The notes beneath the pieces were generated by a model. That model ran no database searches, was not told where the DNA came from, and worked only from the letters and a program-made list of their open reading frames with translations. A stretch of DNA of 64,000 nt from Eledone cirrhosa (Eukaryota). The stretch is from positions 134,974,001-135,038,000 of the forward strand of contig OZ024741.1 in the NCBI GenBank assembly GCA_964016885.1, written 5' to 3'. A program made the position numbers and the translations under genes. This document shows, piece after piece, positions 29,250 to 39,969 of this stretch (within the stretch, counting starts at the first letter, position 1; the number at the start of each line of letters is the position of its first letter).

Positions 29250-29314
29250 TATTTCATTATACATATTTCAAGGACACCAAGTCAAATTATGGTGCGCTTT
29301 CATCAGATAAAATA
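29250..29314 (-). ncRNA. Type I hammerhead ribozyme
   Basis: TATTTTAT-CTGATGA-AAGCGCACCA..TGGTGTCCTT-GAAA-TATGTA-TA-ATGAAATA. Confidence 0.8.
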
Positions 29315-29522
29315 TAATATAGATCAGTTTTATAAATAAATATTGACATACCCTTAAAGAATGCGACCATTTCTGTTGGAAGCTCCCGGATAGTGGGGCA
29401 TATATATATATATATCAAAAGCATGTATTGAGTTAGAAACTCAAAATAGTCTCATTACAGTAAATTAGCTCTAGGAAAAAGGTTTCTCCGAGCCGTATAT
29501 AACTGAACAAAAAGGAAAAACG

Positions 29523-29578
<56 letters not shown>

Positions 29579-29716
29579 GTCCATTACGATTTGAACACAT
29601 ATATATATATGTCTGTGTTCGTTTTTCCTTTTTGTTCAGTTATATATAAATCAACATATGTTGATTTAAAACTGCACTATTCACAAGTGTTTTTTAACCT
29701 TCATATCATGTCTTCC

Positions 29717-29787
29717 TATTTTATCTGATGAAAACACAAATATTATTGCATGATGATATTTGTTTTTGAAATGCGCATAATAAAATA
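29717..29787 (+). ncRNA. Type I hammerhead ribozyme (second copy of the 29078 family)
   Basis: TATTTTAT-CTGATGA-AAACACAAATATTATT..GATATTTGTTTTT-GAAA-TGCGCA-TA-ATAAAATA. Confidence 0.85.
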
Positions 29788-29911
29788 CATGGAACTCTTT
29801 TAACCATCTTTTGATCTTATATATTATTTATACTCCAGTCCTACAAACTGTAGAGTGCTACTTATCTGATATCTGCATTGCTTTATTGTACTACAATAAA
29901 ACTCACCTCCT

Positions 29912-29970
<59 letters not shown>

Positions 29971-29982
29971 GGAGAAAATATG

Positions 29983-30079
29983 ACCCCGACGGCAGAGCTC
30001 AAGCCGTTTCGACGGCTATTTCTGGACTAAAGTAAGAGTTTGTAGTCTGGTAAAGAAATAGCTGAACTTTTCAAGGGGT
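29983..30079 (-). ncRNA. Type I hammerhead with U3-A8 core and extended stem II
   Basis: ACCCC-TTGAAAA-G..GCTATTTCT..AGAAATAGC..C-GAAA-CGGC TTGAGCTCT GCCG-TC-GGGGT. GUC cleavage site; lies downstream of the GIY-YIG fragment on the same strand. Confidence 0.7.
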
Positions 30080-30800
30080 ACTTCCTTATATGGGAAAATT
30101 GTAGTTGTCAAGAGGATTGGTCAAAATTTGTAGCAGACACAGAAAAGTCTATCATGGCAGTGGGGTGGCTGAACTTGCCTGTAGAACAATAGGGAGAGGG
30201 TAGAGCCGGTCAAGCGTTGAAGGTGAAATCTACACGGCAAATTTAAGGTAAGTGTATGAAAGTAGGCCAGAGGAGGTTGGCGAAAAAAGGTTTCTTTATA
30301 AAATGGAGGAGGGACGTTATAGAAAAGGTAAATCAAATGAGATTAGGGGACAAAGAAAAAAATATAATAAAGAATATAATGAAAAATGAGAGACAGATAT
30401 ATCAGAATGTAAGATTGGAAAGTGAGAAGTGAAATAAAACAAAAACTAACACAGCTGCTATATTTAGTTGGTTCTGCTTTTTCGGCGAATGCTATAGAAT
30501 GGGTTGCTAGATGAGAATTATTGAAAATTTAGAATTGGGTATTAAAAATTAATACCACATCTCTGGGGTCTAACACAGCTGCTATGATTAGTTAGTATAG
30601 CGTAATCGGCGAATACTATCTGTAAGTTACTTGGGTGGGTGTACTGAGGCTGCCTTGAGGTAGGCGAAAGGGGAAAAAAAACAAAGGAACGAACGAGGAA
30701 GAAGTTCGGTGGTGGAAAGAAGTGATAGGAGACAAAGGGAAGAAGAAAGAATGGGGGAAAAGAAAAGGGGTACATCTACCTATATAAGTTGGGGTTTTCC

Positions 30801-31060
30801 CTATTTTATTCGGCAAGTGGGGTGTTTCAGCCCTTGTCTACCCACCGGATTATTAGGGGGTTTGAGGGCGAGGTAAGTCTTCCGTAATCTATGTTTGCAT
30901 GCAGTTACCAGTTCATCTTTTTTGTTTAGGAGTTGATCCTTCGTAAACAACATTTGTAATGTTTCCTCCGAGCATAAGTTACATGGACGGCGTCCTCCCG
31001 TGTAAGAGTTAGCTCTGAACAGTAAGCTCCAAGTAAGATGGTAAGTTATATTATTATCTT
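30801..31060 (-). pseudogene. PLE GIY-YIG C-terminal fragment
   Basis: ITYHLTWSLL...SYTGGRRPCNLCSEETLQML...LLNKKDELVTACKHR. Confidence 0.8.
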
Positions 31061-31206
31061 GGAGGTTCCCCCCCCCCCCCCTTGGAATTATATGATGCCA
31101 GTTCCTCCGAGAAATAACAATCCAACCAGGAGCTGGACATATCGGAGTATTGACGGAGTAAAACACTTTAACAACATGTGTACCTGTCTATACCACACCA
31201 ATTCGG

Positions 31207-31261
31207 ACTGCCTGAAGAGGTCACAGCCAATGATGGCTGTCACCGAAATATATATAGCAGT
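31207..31261 (+). ncRNA. Minimal type I hammerhead ribozyme
   Basis: ACTGC-CTGAAGA-GGTCACAGCCA ATGA TGGCTGTCACC-GAAA-TATATA-TA-GCAGT. Stem II covaries with the 20998 copy (CAGCC/GGCTG versus TAGCC/GGCTA). Confidence 0.8.
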
Positions 31262-31902
31262 ACATCTTTAATAAACGAAGCCAAATTTTAACGACAATGC
31301 AGATGGGTAAATCTCCGGGTAACAAGATCCGGTGGTGGAGAGAGAGATGTAAGTGGGTGTACGTTGAGATGCGTGGGTGTATAAGACTGTAGCGTGTAGA
31401 GGAATGAAGGAAAGAGCGTAAAGGATAAAAATAAAAATAACAACACGAGAAAGAGTTACCTTGGGAGAGATTTAATTGTCCCTATATATTTCGGATTCAC
31501 ATCTATCAACTGGGTTTTTTTCCCGGGGGGGGGGGGGGAGGGGGGAGAGGTTGTCTGTCGGAAAGGTGCGAAACGTGTCCTCCGCTGTTCGTTGTTTTGA
31601 ATATCTGAGGTATTCAGCAGAGCGCGCGTGCGCGTGAAATGGGGTCGGTCAAGCAGAGGTCCGCGGCCGAAGTAGTTCTTTCAATTGTGGGAGTGGGGTG
31701 GCGCTAGCTGTCAGTCCATTCTCTGCCTGTTTGGTGAATGTTACTGTGTGTGTGCGTGTGTTGTTGTCTCGCTTGAGTGTGTGTGTGTGTGCGTGTGCGT
31801 GTGTTGTTGCCTTGTTTCTCTGTATTGGCAGTGTAGTATGTTCGTATGGTGGAATGCTACTGTGTGTGTGTGTGTGCGTGTGTTGCTGCATCGTTTGTTA
31901 AC

Positions 31903-32217
31903 TTAAACCAACCACCTCATTTCGCTTCTCTCGGATCGGTTGATTAATTGTGGCCCTAGGCGTTTGATCCAAAGTGCTTCCTTGATACGTAACGTGCCGA
32001 CGTTTCTTTCTGTTGCTAGAATTGTGACAATGGGCCTTCCGTCTTTGTTTCCGCATTTGGCTATGTGTTTCCGGAAAGACGAGGCCCTGGTTTTAGTGTG
32101 TTCCTTGATCCGGATGTGCAACGGCCGGATTGTGCTACCTATATAGTATTGGTTGCACTTGTTACATTCTATCTTATACACGACGTATGTGCGTAGGCAA
32201 CAGTTCGCATGGCGCAT
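31903..32217 (-). CDS. PLE GIY-YIG endonuclease fragment
   Basis: VVYKIEC..C...YIGST.R.L..RIKEH. Confidence 0.85.
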   Translation of the reverse strand: MRHANCCLRTYVVYKIECNKCNQYYIGSTIRPLHIRIKEHTKTRASSFRKHIAKCGNKDGRPIVTILATERNVGTLRIKEALWIKRLGPQLINRSERSEMRWLV

Positions 32218-32242
32218 CGGGCAGTCTCTGAGGGAGTACGCG

Positions 32243-33205
32243 TCAGTTGATTTCCCGGGTTTCCTGGAGAGGCATCTTCGCAGGGAGGGGCTCGAGTGGG
32301 CCAGTGGATGTCGAGGCCCTCCCTCCGTATACCCTGCGGATAGCGTTGGTGGTATTCTCGCCCAGGTGTGGCATTTTAAGGAAGCACTTGCCTTGGGTGC
32401 CTCTCTGTCTCTTGTGTCTGGTGTCTCCTACTCCGTCTGTGAGCGAGGTATGGTACCCGTTCGTCTCCAGCACCTCGAGGAATCGCTTGGTATGAGTGAC
32501 ACCACTCGCGGGATCGCTGCATCTGTTTTTGATTCGCGCGATCTCGTTCGTGATGTATTCTCTTTTAGCACTGTTAGAGAGGGCGGACTTGTAGTGGACG
32601 AACAGGTCCCTGCAGGCTGCCTTTCGGTAGAAGTTGCAGTGGATCCCTCCCTGTTCCGTGATGTTGATTCGGAAGTCGAGGAGGGCAAGTGACCCATCGT
32701 CGTTGGGGTGTTCAACACTGAAGTCAATGTTCTCGTCCGTGTTGTTGAACGTCTCATAGATTCTGTTCGCCATGTCTTGGGAAGATGTGAGGATGAGGAT
32801 ATCGTCCACGTACCTTGAGAAAAAGGCGGCGCCGTTGGGGTGGCAGGCGTTGAGTGCCTTGCGCTCGAGGCTGTCCAAGTAAGAGATCGCTAGCACACCC
32901 GACAGGCTTGATCCCATGGGCAGTCCCGAGGTTTGTTGGTATGTTTGGTCAAGGAATCCGAAGTAGGTGTTGTCGACGACGATGGATAGGAGTTGGTGGA
33001 TGTCAGTGGTGGTGAGCCCGAAGCAGTGTAGGTCGGTGGATTGGACGCGTTCCATCAGTATATTGACGGCCGGGAGTGCCGGGACCGAGGTGTAGAGAGC
33101 GACTACATCAAGGCTGAAGGCATATCTGTTATTCCTTCTGGTGTCGGGATCCATTTGATGCAGGCGCTTCAACACCTCCTCAGAGCTGTTAACGTGTCCC
33201 GGCAA
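32243..33205 (-). CDS. PLE reverse transcriptase core (disrupted ORF fragment)
   Basis: ORF track 320 aa with GLPMGSSLS and YVDD motifs. The frame continues upstream past a TGA at 33242-33244. Confidence 0.88.
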   Translation of the reverse strand: MPGHVNSSEEVLKRLHQMDPDTRRNNRYAFSLDVVALYTSVPALPAVNILMERVQSTDLHCFGLTTTDIHQLLSIVVDNTYFGFLDQTYQQTSGLPMGSSLSGVLAISYLDSLERKALNACHPNGAAFFSRYVDDILILTSSQDMANRIYETFNNTDENIDFSVEHPNDDGSLALLDFRINITEQGGIHCNFYRKAACRDLFVHYKSALSNSAKREYITNEIARIKNRCSDPASGVTHTKRFLEVLETNGYHTSLTDGVGDTRHKRQRGTQGKCFLKMPHLGENTTNAIRRVYGGRASTSTGPLEPLPAKMPLQETREIN

Positions 33206-35274
33206 GGTGTCTAAGATGGGTTTGAGTATTCTGGCTAGGAGTCATGAAATTTTGTAGAGTGGTCCCTCCACGCTCGATACAATGGGCCTGATTTTCAGGT
33301 CGGGTCTCTGTTTGTGTGTTTTCACGAGGTGGTAGAAGGCGGGTAATCTGCTGTTCCTCGTGAGGAGGTTGTATCTCAGCTTCTTCGGGAGCTTCCGCCG
33401 GTCGCAGATGTTGGGCCAGGCGGCGTTGATGTGCTCTTCTATCTGCGCGGGAGTGATTCCCGTGACCTTGGAGTAGAGGTTGTCATCGTCAAGGTGTTGG
33501 AGGGCCAGGGTGTTGTAGGCCTCTCTGCTGATGACGCAGAATTCTTTTCCCTTGTCGGAGGGGAGGTAGATGAGGTTCTTCGATTTTAGGTTGGAGAGAG
33601 TGGTGAGTTGAGATTTGGTGAGGTTGTGTGTTGTGCGTGTGTGTGTGTGTGTTTGTGAAGTATATCCGAGATGGAGTGTTTTAGCCTGATGAGTTTAGTG
33701 TCGAGTTCGTGGTTGGTGGGTGGGGGGTGGAGTGGGTTGTCGGGGTGGTAAGTGGGGAACTTGGGGTGGGTTGCGTGGGCGCTGTTATTTTCTGTGGCGC
33801 TGTTGATGGCGGTCACCCATTTAAGTTGGTAAGCGGCTCGACAAAAGTTGGCCTTGATGTTGAGTTTGAGTCTGTCGTCGAGTCGTTGTGAGACGATGAA
33901 CTTGGGTCCGAGGTGTAGGAGTTTCAGCTCGTCGCTCGTGAGAGTGCCGGTTAGGTCGGTGACCAGGTGCGTCGCATCGTTGAGGTGTGGCTCGGTGTTG
34001 GTGGATGCGGCGGTGGCGGTTGTTAAGTTGTTGTTTTCCACGTGGTTCTGGTCCGTCTGTTCGTTAGTGTCGATGTTCTCGTTGTGGAATTTAGACAAGA
34101 TCCACTCATATTTCCGCTTGAGCCGTTTCTTTTCGTGTTGGACTCTGGAGTGGTAGCACTGGTCGATTGCTTTAGTGATTTTCAGGGGCAAGTCGCCGGG
34201 TGTTATTGACAATCGATGTGTCCGCTCTGAGAGTGTCCGCTTATGGACGTGTAATTGGCGGTTGAGATGTCTCTCACACACACACAATATATATATATAT
34301 ATAGTGTGTGTCTTTATTTCTGCGGCCATATATATATGAGTGTGTGTGCATAGTGTGTGTGCATAGTATCGTAAGTTTACTGTCGCTTCCAGGCAGTGCG
34401 TTGTTTTACGCTTCTCCAGAATACACAACTGTAAAAATGTGTAGTACTTGTAATTTAAAGTAGCAGCTTTGTCATGCACTCTGACACGCTCAATTTTACT
34501 GAGAACTATGCTGAGGGTCAACCACTTGCGCGATAATATCACGAGCATGGTGTTCCATTGTTCAGACAACTGGAACACTCATCGTCGGAATCGACGAAGG
34601 TCCACCACACGCAGTATTTCATACGTTTTTTTATTCCTTTCCTAGTTCATAAATAGATACCAGTAATATATTGGCGGTAATTGAAAGGAATATATTACAA
34701 CTATTATTGACATTGAGTTTCTATCAAATTAAAGAAATACCAGTAATATATTGGCAGTAATTGAAAGGAGTATATTATAATTCTTATCCACACTGGGTTT
34801 CTATCATTTTAAAGAAATCCCAGCAGTACATTAACAGCATGTGTTGCAGTGTAATATTGATATAAATGTTTGAATCTGTGTTTTTACCGATTCAAATGTG
34901 ATCTTAGATGTAACAATTATGTTCTCTAGCGAGAACGAAACTTCAAAGAAAGTAGCTCTTGGCAAATCAAAATTGCATAAATAAATTTGGGCTAAATAGT
35001 TAAATAATACGACAAATAGATGAAACTAATGTAATGGAAAAATCGATCTTTAAAGTAATGACAATATACAAAAAATAATAAATACGTCGACGGTTTGTTA
35101 AAAAATAGGTGAAGCTTTTTCCATGTATGTTGGACAGAAATTAGTCACCACAGTAGATAATACAGTAAAGTTGTGTCATATTTTATATATGCATAAATTA
35201 ATGGAATATAAATAAGACAAAAAATAAATACGGAAACAAAGAAAGAAAATATTCATTGCAACGCTCTTGTATAA

Positions 35275-35387
35275 GTGAAGATTCGTGGCTTAGTGGTTAG
35301 AATGCTGGATTCACGATCTTAGAGTCGTGGGTTCGATTCTTGGATCGGGCAGCGCTTTGTGTTCTTAAACCAAACGCTTCATTTCCT
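35275..35387 (+). mobile_element. tRNA-derived SINE 5' part
   Basis: A box TGGCTTAGTGG, B box GGTTCGATTC, then TGTGTTCTT core-like segment. Confidence 0.75.
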
Positions 35388-35877
35388 GTCGCCTCTCATG
35401 ATAGGACTGAAGCCGCTCTCATTAAAATATCCGAGAAACCTTCTACGAAATGCAACCTGTTAGGAAATCAGCTAAACCTACATAGGTGTGAATTGTAACA
35501 GCGATATGGTAGGATTGCGACTCCCTATCATTTAGATATGCAAGAAACTTCATTTGAAATACAACCTCATAGGAGGCTAGCTGAACCAAAATAGGTGAAA
35601 GATGTAAGTTAAAAAATGTTTTTTTACTGATATTAATTAAACAGAAGATGGCTTTTGTATAAGAAACATACGAAGAAGTCATCAATGGTAATTGGCGGAT
35701 CTTACTTAGATTGTATAAGGCGGCGAATTAGCTGAATCATTAAAACATTGGATTGAAAGCTTCGCAGTATTCGTTCCGGTTTTCTCTGCTCTATAGATAT
35801 TAGCAGTAATGTTTCTTTTCCTTTCCTTTTGTCTGGCCTTATATCTGATGGTCGGCAAATGAACAGTTATGATATGT

Positions 35878-36317
35878 ATGCTACTGGTAACATGTAACCA
35901 AGTACAACCTGTTTCATGGTCGGATCGTCGGCGACTAAACCGACAACTCCACCAAGCTTTCTTGGTGATGAGGGTGATATTTGGACACCCTGTGGGATGA
36001 AATACACCTGGGAGTGAAAGGCCCCCATTTGTTATCACAACACCTTTCTAGAATAGGGAAACTCTGAAAAAAACCCTGCGGCTTCGGAAGCAGCCGATGA
36101 TGTTGACCAGTTCTCCTTTTCGGGTAGTGTTTTCGATGCTCAGAGAGTGGGATTGGTCGAGTGCAAGGCCTTTTCCCACTTAAAAGACCTTCAAAGCACA
36201 GGAATTGCTTGTTCAGGATCTGTTACAGGTTCGTGTGGCTGGCCGTAGCCTAAAGGTGCACCGAACCCTACAATCTGACAAGCGATTGCAATACTCTTAG
36301 CAGAGTTTTCAGCCATC
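35878..36317 (+). mobile_element. Non-autonomous RTE-derived element with (ATGT)n tail
   Basis: 5' ~120 bp homologous to 42285-42405. RTE-5'UTR-like CTAGAATAGGGAAACTCTGA motif. Ends CAGCCATC(ATGT)n. Confidence 0.6.
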
Positions 36318-36463
36318 ATGTATGTATGTATGTATGTATGTATGTATGTATGTATGTATGTATGTATGTATGTATGTATGTATTTTCTCTTTCTCTTAAT
36401 TTCGAGTATATTTTTTTGACCGGCCACCTTCCTGGTGGCAAGGTTGTAAAAGAAAAGAAATTG

Positions 36464-37849
36464 TCATCCCTTGAATCGCAAAAATGTTTTGCAAATTTTG
36501 AAGGTGCCAGCTATCGCAGCCATCTGCAGACTATGAATTAGGGAGCTGCGCTTTTTGTTCGCAAATCCAAGTTCAGTCATACTTTGGTCCAAGCGGGTTG
36601 GTATATAACCCGTAGCACCAATAATGATGGGTATGAAGCTAAAGGTGTATCTTGGATACTGGATTTGTAAACTCCTCATCAATGGTCCGTAGATGTCCTC
36701 CTTCTCCTGTATTTTTCTGACAACGTTTACATCAAGTGGGCAGCTGATCTCCACAACAGAACACGTTTTCAATGTGTGGTCCCAAACTACAATATCAGGC
36801 CGGTTGTGCTTTAATTTGGTGGCAGATTTTATTTTCAGGTTCCACCAGTATTCCTTAGTGCCATCTGTCTCAATATATTCTTCCTCGTTTGTTAATTTTG
36901 TTTTCCGAAGTGCGTTCCAGATGGTTCTAGCTATCCCATCGTGTCTCATGGGGAGGTAGTAGCGAGATGACATTCTTTCGCAGCTGGCAACAATGTGGCT
37001 TACATCCTCGATCTTTGTTTTACATAGCCTACATTTATTGTCAGCTGCTGGCCCTCCTCTTTTGTGCAGCAGATATTTGGTAGGGAGTTCTTGTTCCTGT
37101 ATTGCATAGAGATATCCCTCAAGGTGTGATGTCATAAACTTGTCGGAACTCCATGCCAGTCTTTTTGAGTGGTTTATCCCCTCTATGGTCTGTGTTTTAC
37201 GCCTCAAGTATCCATGCACAACTTTTTCTGTAAATTGGTCAATTTTCCTATCTTGTTTGAACATTGAATAGGATCTTCCGATTTCTCTGGGTGAGAGATT
37301 TATATCAGGCTTTATTCCATATCTCTCCTCCAGATCAGTCGCTATTCTAATGATATTTCTTTTTTCATGCTCATAAACCTGGGCAAGATGGTTGCCAACC
37401 TTTTTCCTCTGTTGAAGGTGTTGCTTCAGTGTTACTATCCGGGTCTCATATGTTGTTAATATTGATTTTAGACCCCGGCCACCTTCCTTGCGTGAGAAGT
37501 ATAGCCTATCCACATCACCATTGATGTTAAAGTTGCCAGTAACACTGAGAAGTTTTCGAGTTCTAACATCCATCTCACTTAGTTCTTGCAATGACCAGTT
37601 CAGTAGGCCAAATGTTGGCGTTAGAATTGGCACAGCATAAGTATTGTGGGCAATGTATTTGTTGTATGCTGACAGTTCTGATGACCATATTTTCTTTACT
37701 CTTCTGAGGTATTCAGTTCTGGTTCTCTCCTTATTTATGGGTTCATCATATCTGACATTCTCATCCTGTCCAAGATATCTGTAGTTGTCACCTGACTGCA
37801 GAGGTTGTATTGTCAGGCCGTTCATCTCTAGATTTCTAGAGGAGGGCAC
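36464..37849 (-). CDS. R4/Dong RT thumb, CCHC finger and RLE endonuclease fragment
   Basis: CRLC-x8-H-x4-C, RHD, PD...E motifs. Confidence 0.88.
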   Translation of the reverse strand: MPSSRNLEMNGLTIQPLQSGDNYRYLGQDENVRYDEPINKERTRTEYLRRVKKIWSSELSAYNKYIAHNTYAVPILTPTFGLLNWSLQELSEMDVRTRKLLSVTGNFNINGDVDRLYFSRKEGGRGLKSILTTYETRIVTLKQHLQQRKKVGNHLAQVYEHEKRNIIRIATDLEERYGIKPDINLSPREIGRSYSMFKQDRKIDQFTEKVVHGYLRRKTQTIEGINHSKRLAWSSDKFMTSHLEGYLYAIQEQELPTKYLLHKRGGPAADNKCRLCKTKIEDVSHIVASCERMSSRYYLPMRHDGIARTIWNALRKTKLTNEEEYIETDGTKEYWWNLKIKSATKLKHNRPDIVVWDHTLKTCSVVEISCPLDVNVVRKIQEKEDIYGPLMRSLQIQYPRYTFSFIPIIIGATGYIPTRLDQSMTELGFANKKRSSLIHSLQMAAIAGTFKICKTFLRFKG

Positions 37850-37856
37850 AGCTCAC

Positions 37857-38762
37857 TTATGCACAGCTCAAATATGCACACTTAGACTCACCAAATTTCA
37901 TTTTGATGTCGGTTGAAAATTGTGTAATAAGGTCCAATTGTTTCTTGATGTCATTGATATTTGGCCCATACAACTTCAGGTCATCAACAAAGAAAAGATG
38001 GGAGATACTTCTGGGCCCACTTCTTTGTCCACCTTGTTTCCTGAGTAGGTAAGATAGTGGATTCAGTGAGAGAACGAAGAGTAGCACCGACAAGCTATCA
38101 CCCTGAAAGATGCCCTTCTGGTAATGTATCTTATCAGTCTTAACCTGCTCCCTCTCACCTCTAAGGATCAAATTGGTGTACCAGTTCTTGGTCAGGCGTT
38201 CAACAGCAGCTACCAATGGTTGTGGGACTTTAGCTAACTGTAAAGCCTTAATAATCCACCCATGAGGTACACTATCAAATGCTTTTTGATAGTCCAGCCA
38301 CACGACAGTCATGTTTCTGCGATTCTTTGTTGTTTTTTCCTGAATCATTTTGTTAGTTAGTAGGTGATCTATGCAACCCCACACCTCCCTCTTTCCACCA
38401 GCTTGCTCAGGTGTTATGATGTTGTTGGTAGCACAGTGGTCCTGTAAGAACAGGTTAAGGCACCCAGTATATAATTTATACCTGATGTTTTGGCAGGCAA
38501 TTGGGCGGTAATTTTTAGCAAGGGTGGTTTGGCTATTTTGGGGAATGAGGAGAGTAGTGGCAGTTGATAACCATCTGGGCAGTTCTTGTGTGCCCTTAAT
38601 GGTTTCTGTAAACAGCCGTATGAGATCTTGCCGATAGAAAGTGAAATTCTTCAACCAGTATCCTGTAATGAGGTCTGGGCCTAGTGATTTCCTATTCGAC
38701 ATTTTCTGTAGAGCTGTTTCCAGTATTGACCCATCTATGTCATATTGTTTTGTCTGGGACAT
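37857..38762 (-). CDS. R4/Dong RT core fragment
   Basis: QGDSLS and FVDDLKLY motifs. Confidence 0.88.
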   Translation of the reverse strand: MSQTKQYDIDGSILETALQKMSNRKSLGPDLITGYWLKNFTFYRQDLIRLFTETIKGTQELPRWLSTATTLLIPQNSQTTLAKNYRPIACQNIRYKLYTGCLNLFLQDHCATNNIITPEQAGGKREVWGCIDHLLTNKMIQEKTTKNRRNMTVVWLDYQKAFDSVPHGWIIKALQLAKVPQPLVAAVERLTKNWYTNLILRGEREQVKTDKIHYQKGIFQGDSLSVLLFVLSLNPLSYLLRKQGGQRSGPRSISHLFFVDDLKLYGPNINDIKKQLDLITQFSTDIKMKFGESKCAYLSCA

Positions 38763-39969
38763 GTTGGCAGTAGTCCTGTTCCAGTTCTTTTAGCCAATTA
38801 GCTTGTCTGTTGAATCCGTCATCCGTTTCCCATACAGATCTCCAGTAGCTCTCAACCTGTTCTTTTGAAGGGGTGTCGTTTACAGGGATTGAGCTTTTGC
38901 CACCGAAGCTGCGATAAACTGATTTAGGATCTCTGGCAAACAATCTATTTAGCACTTGTCGTTTATGTGCTGTTGACTTATATTTTAGTCTTTCTGTTGT
39001 AGCTGTGAGTTGTTGTTTCAACTGGTGTAATTTGGAGTTCAAAGTTTTAAATTTTGTATCTCCAAATCGTCTCTCTAACTTTTTCTTTAGGTCTTCCTGG
39101 TGTCGTGTGAAGTTGCTCTCTATGTTGCATTTCATAACGACTGCGATGTGTGAGATACTTCGTCTCAGGGACAAAATTTTGGTTTTTAAATTTCGCATCC
39201 ACGCTGGTTCAGGCTTTCTGTTTGTATCTTGATTGCGTGGTTTTAGATGTGTGTTATATGATAGCAATGTGACAGCTGAAACATATAACAAAACATTAAG
39301 CGTTTCAAATGTCGTTTCTACACCTTTAGATCGTATAGCCTTCAGATAATTGCCAGCTATTTCGTTCACCGCTTCCAATTCCAATTTAGTGGGTTCTTTA
39401 CTGACTCTAGTGTTGTATGGTCTGTCACTCACATTAAGGCTGTGTATCTTTTGAAACATATCGTTCCATATCACTTGTAGGGTGCCCACAAGTTTTCGGT
39501 GCTCTGTTTGTTCAGTAGAGTCATGAATTTCAGCCTCGTTGTTGATGTGGTGACAATTACTACTAGAGTCAGCTGACCTTTCTCGCTGTTCTTCAGTGGA
39601 AGTGGGATGGATTTCAGCAAAATTGTTGGTGAGCTGTTCACTGTTAGATTTAGCTGGCCATTCTCTTTGTCTGTCAGTGGAGGTGGGGTGGTTGTCTACA
39701 AGGGCTGTATTTGTAGTATCACTCAATTCCGTTAGATGTATCAATTTACATCTAATGATACGTTTTGCCTGTTCATTTAAATGCTTTGGAGAAAAGTCTA
39801 ATTCTGGGTGTTTGGAGTTCCATAAAGTTTTTAGCCTTTGCATAAAACCGAACTTTTGGGGTTCAGATTGTTTGTATGCTTCATATAATACTTTGTTAAG
39901 CTCGTAGCTCCACTGTGTACAACGGTTGTAGTTGCGATTTGGTCGAAGGAGACTTGTACTTTTTGCCAT
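38740..39969 (-). CDS. R4/Dong N-terminal region fragment
   Basis: W..ELN..L...Y..S.P...GFM.RL..LW...HPE motif and P.W..L pattern typical of this clade; lies upstream of the RT. Confidence 0.75.
   Translation of the reverse strand: MAKSTSLLRPNRNYNRCTQWSYELNKVLYEAYKQSEPQKFGFMQRLKTLWNSKHPELDFSPKHLNEQAKRIIRCKLIHLTELSDTTNTALVDNHPTSTDRQREWPAKSNSEQLTNNFAEIHPTSTEEQRERSADSSSNCHHINNEAEIHDSTEQTEHRKLVGTLQVIWNDMFQKIHSLNVSDRPYNTRVSKEPTKLELEAVNEIAGNYLKAIRSKGVETTFETLNVLLYVSAVTLLSYNTHLKPRNQDTNRKPEPAWMRNLKTKILSLRRSISHIAVVMKCNIESNFTRHQEDLKKKLERRFGDTKFKTLNSKLHQLKQQLTATTERLKYKSTAHKRQVLNRLFARDPKSVYRSFGGKSSIPVNDTPSKEQVESYWRSVWETDDGFNRQANWLKELEQDYCQHVPDKTI

Larger units (their letters stand above)
31640..34275 (-). 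mobile_element. Near-complete Penelope-like retroelement (N-terminus, RT, GIY-YIG), with frameshifts and one stop
   Basis: LLHLGPKF, LPSDKG, FYHLVKTHK, RPIVS, SLDVVALYTSVP, QTSGLPMGSSLS, RYVDD, LLDF, YRK, and GIY-YIG VVYKIECNKCNQYYIGSTIRPLHIRIKEH...EALWI. Confidence 0.92.

Noticed and set aside
33242-33244. In-frame TGA in the PLE RT as selenocysteine
   Set aside because: The context KIS*LL corresponds to a usual Trp (TGG>TGA), not Cys, and the element has other disabling frameshifts.
35275-35345. tRNA gene
   Set aside because: A/B boxes belong to a SINE head; there is no complete cloverleaf and it continues into a shared SINE body (same for the other copies).
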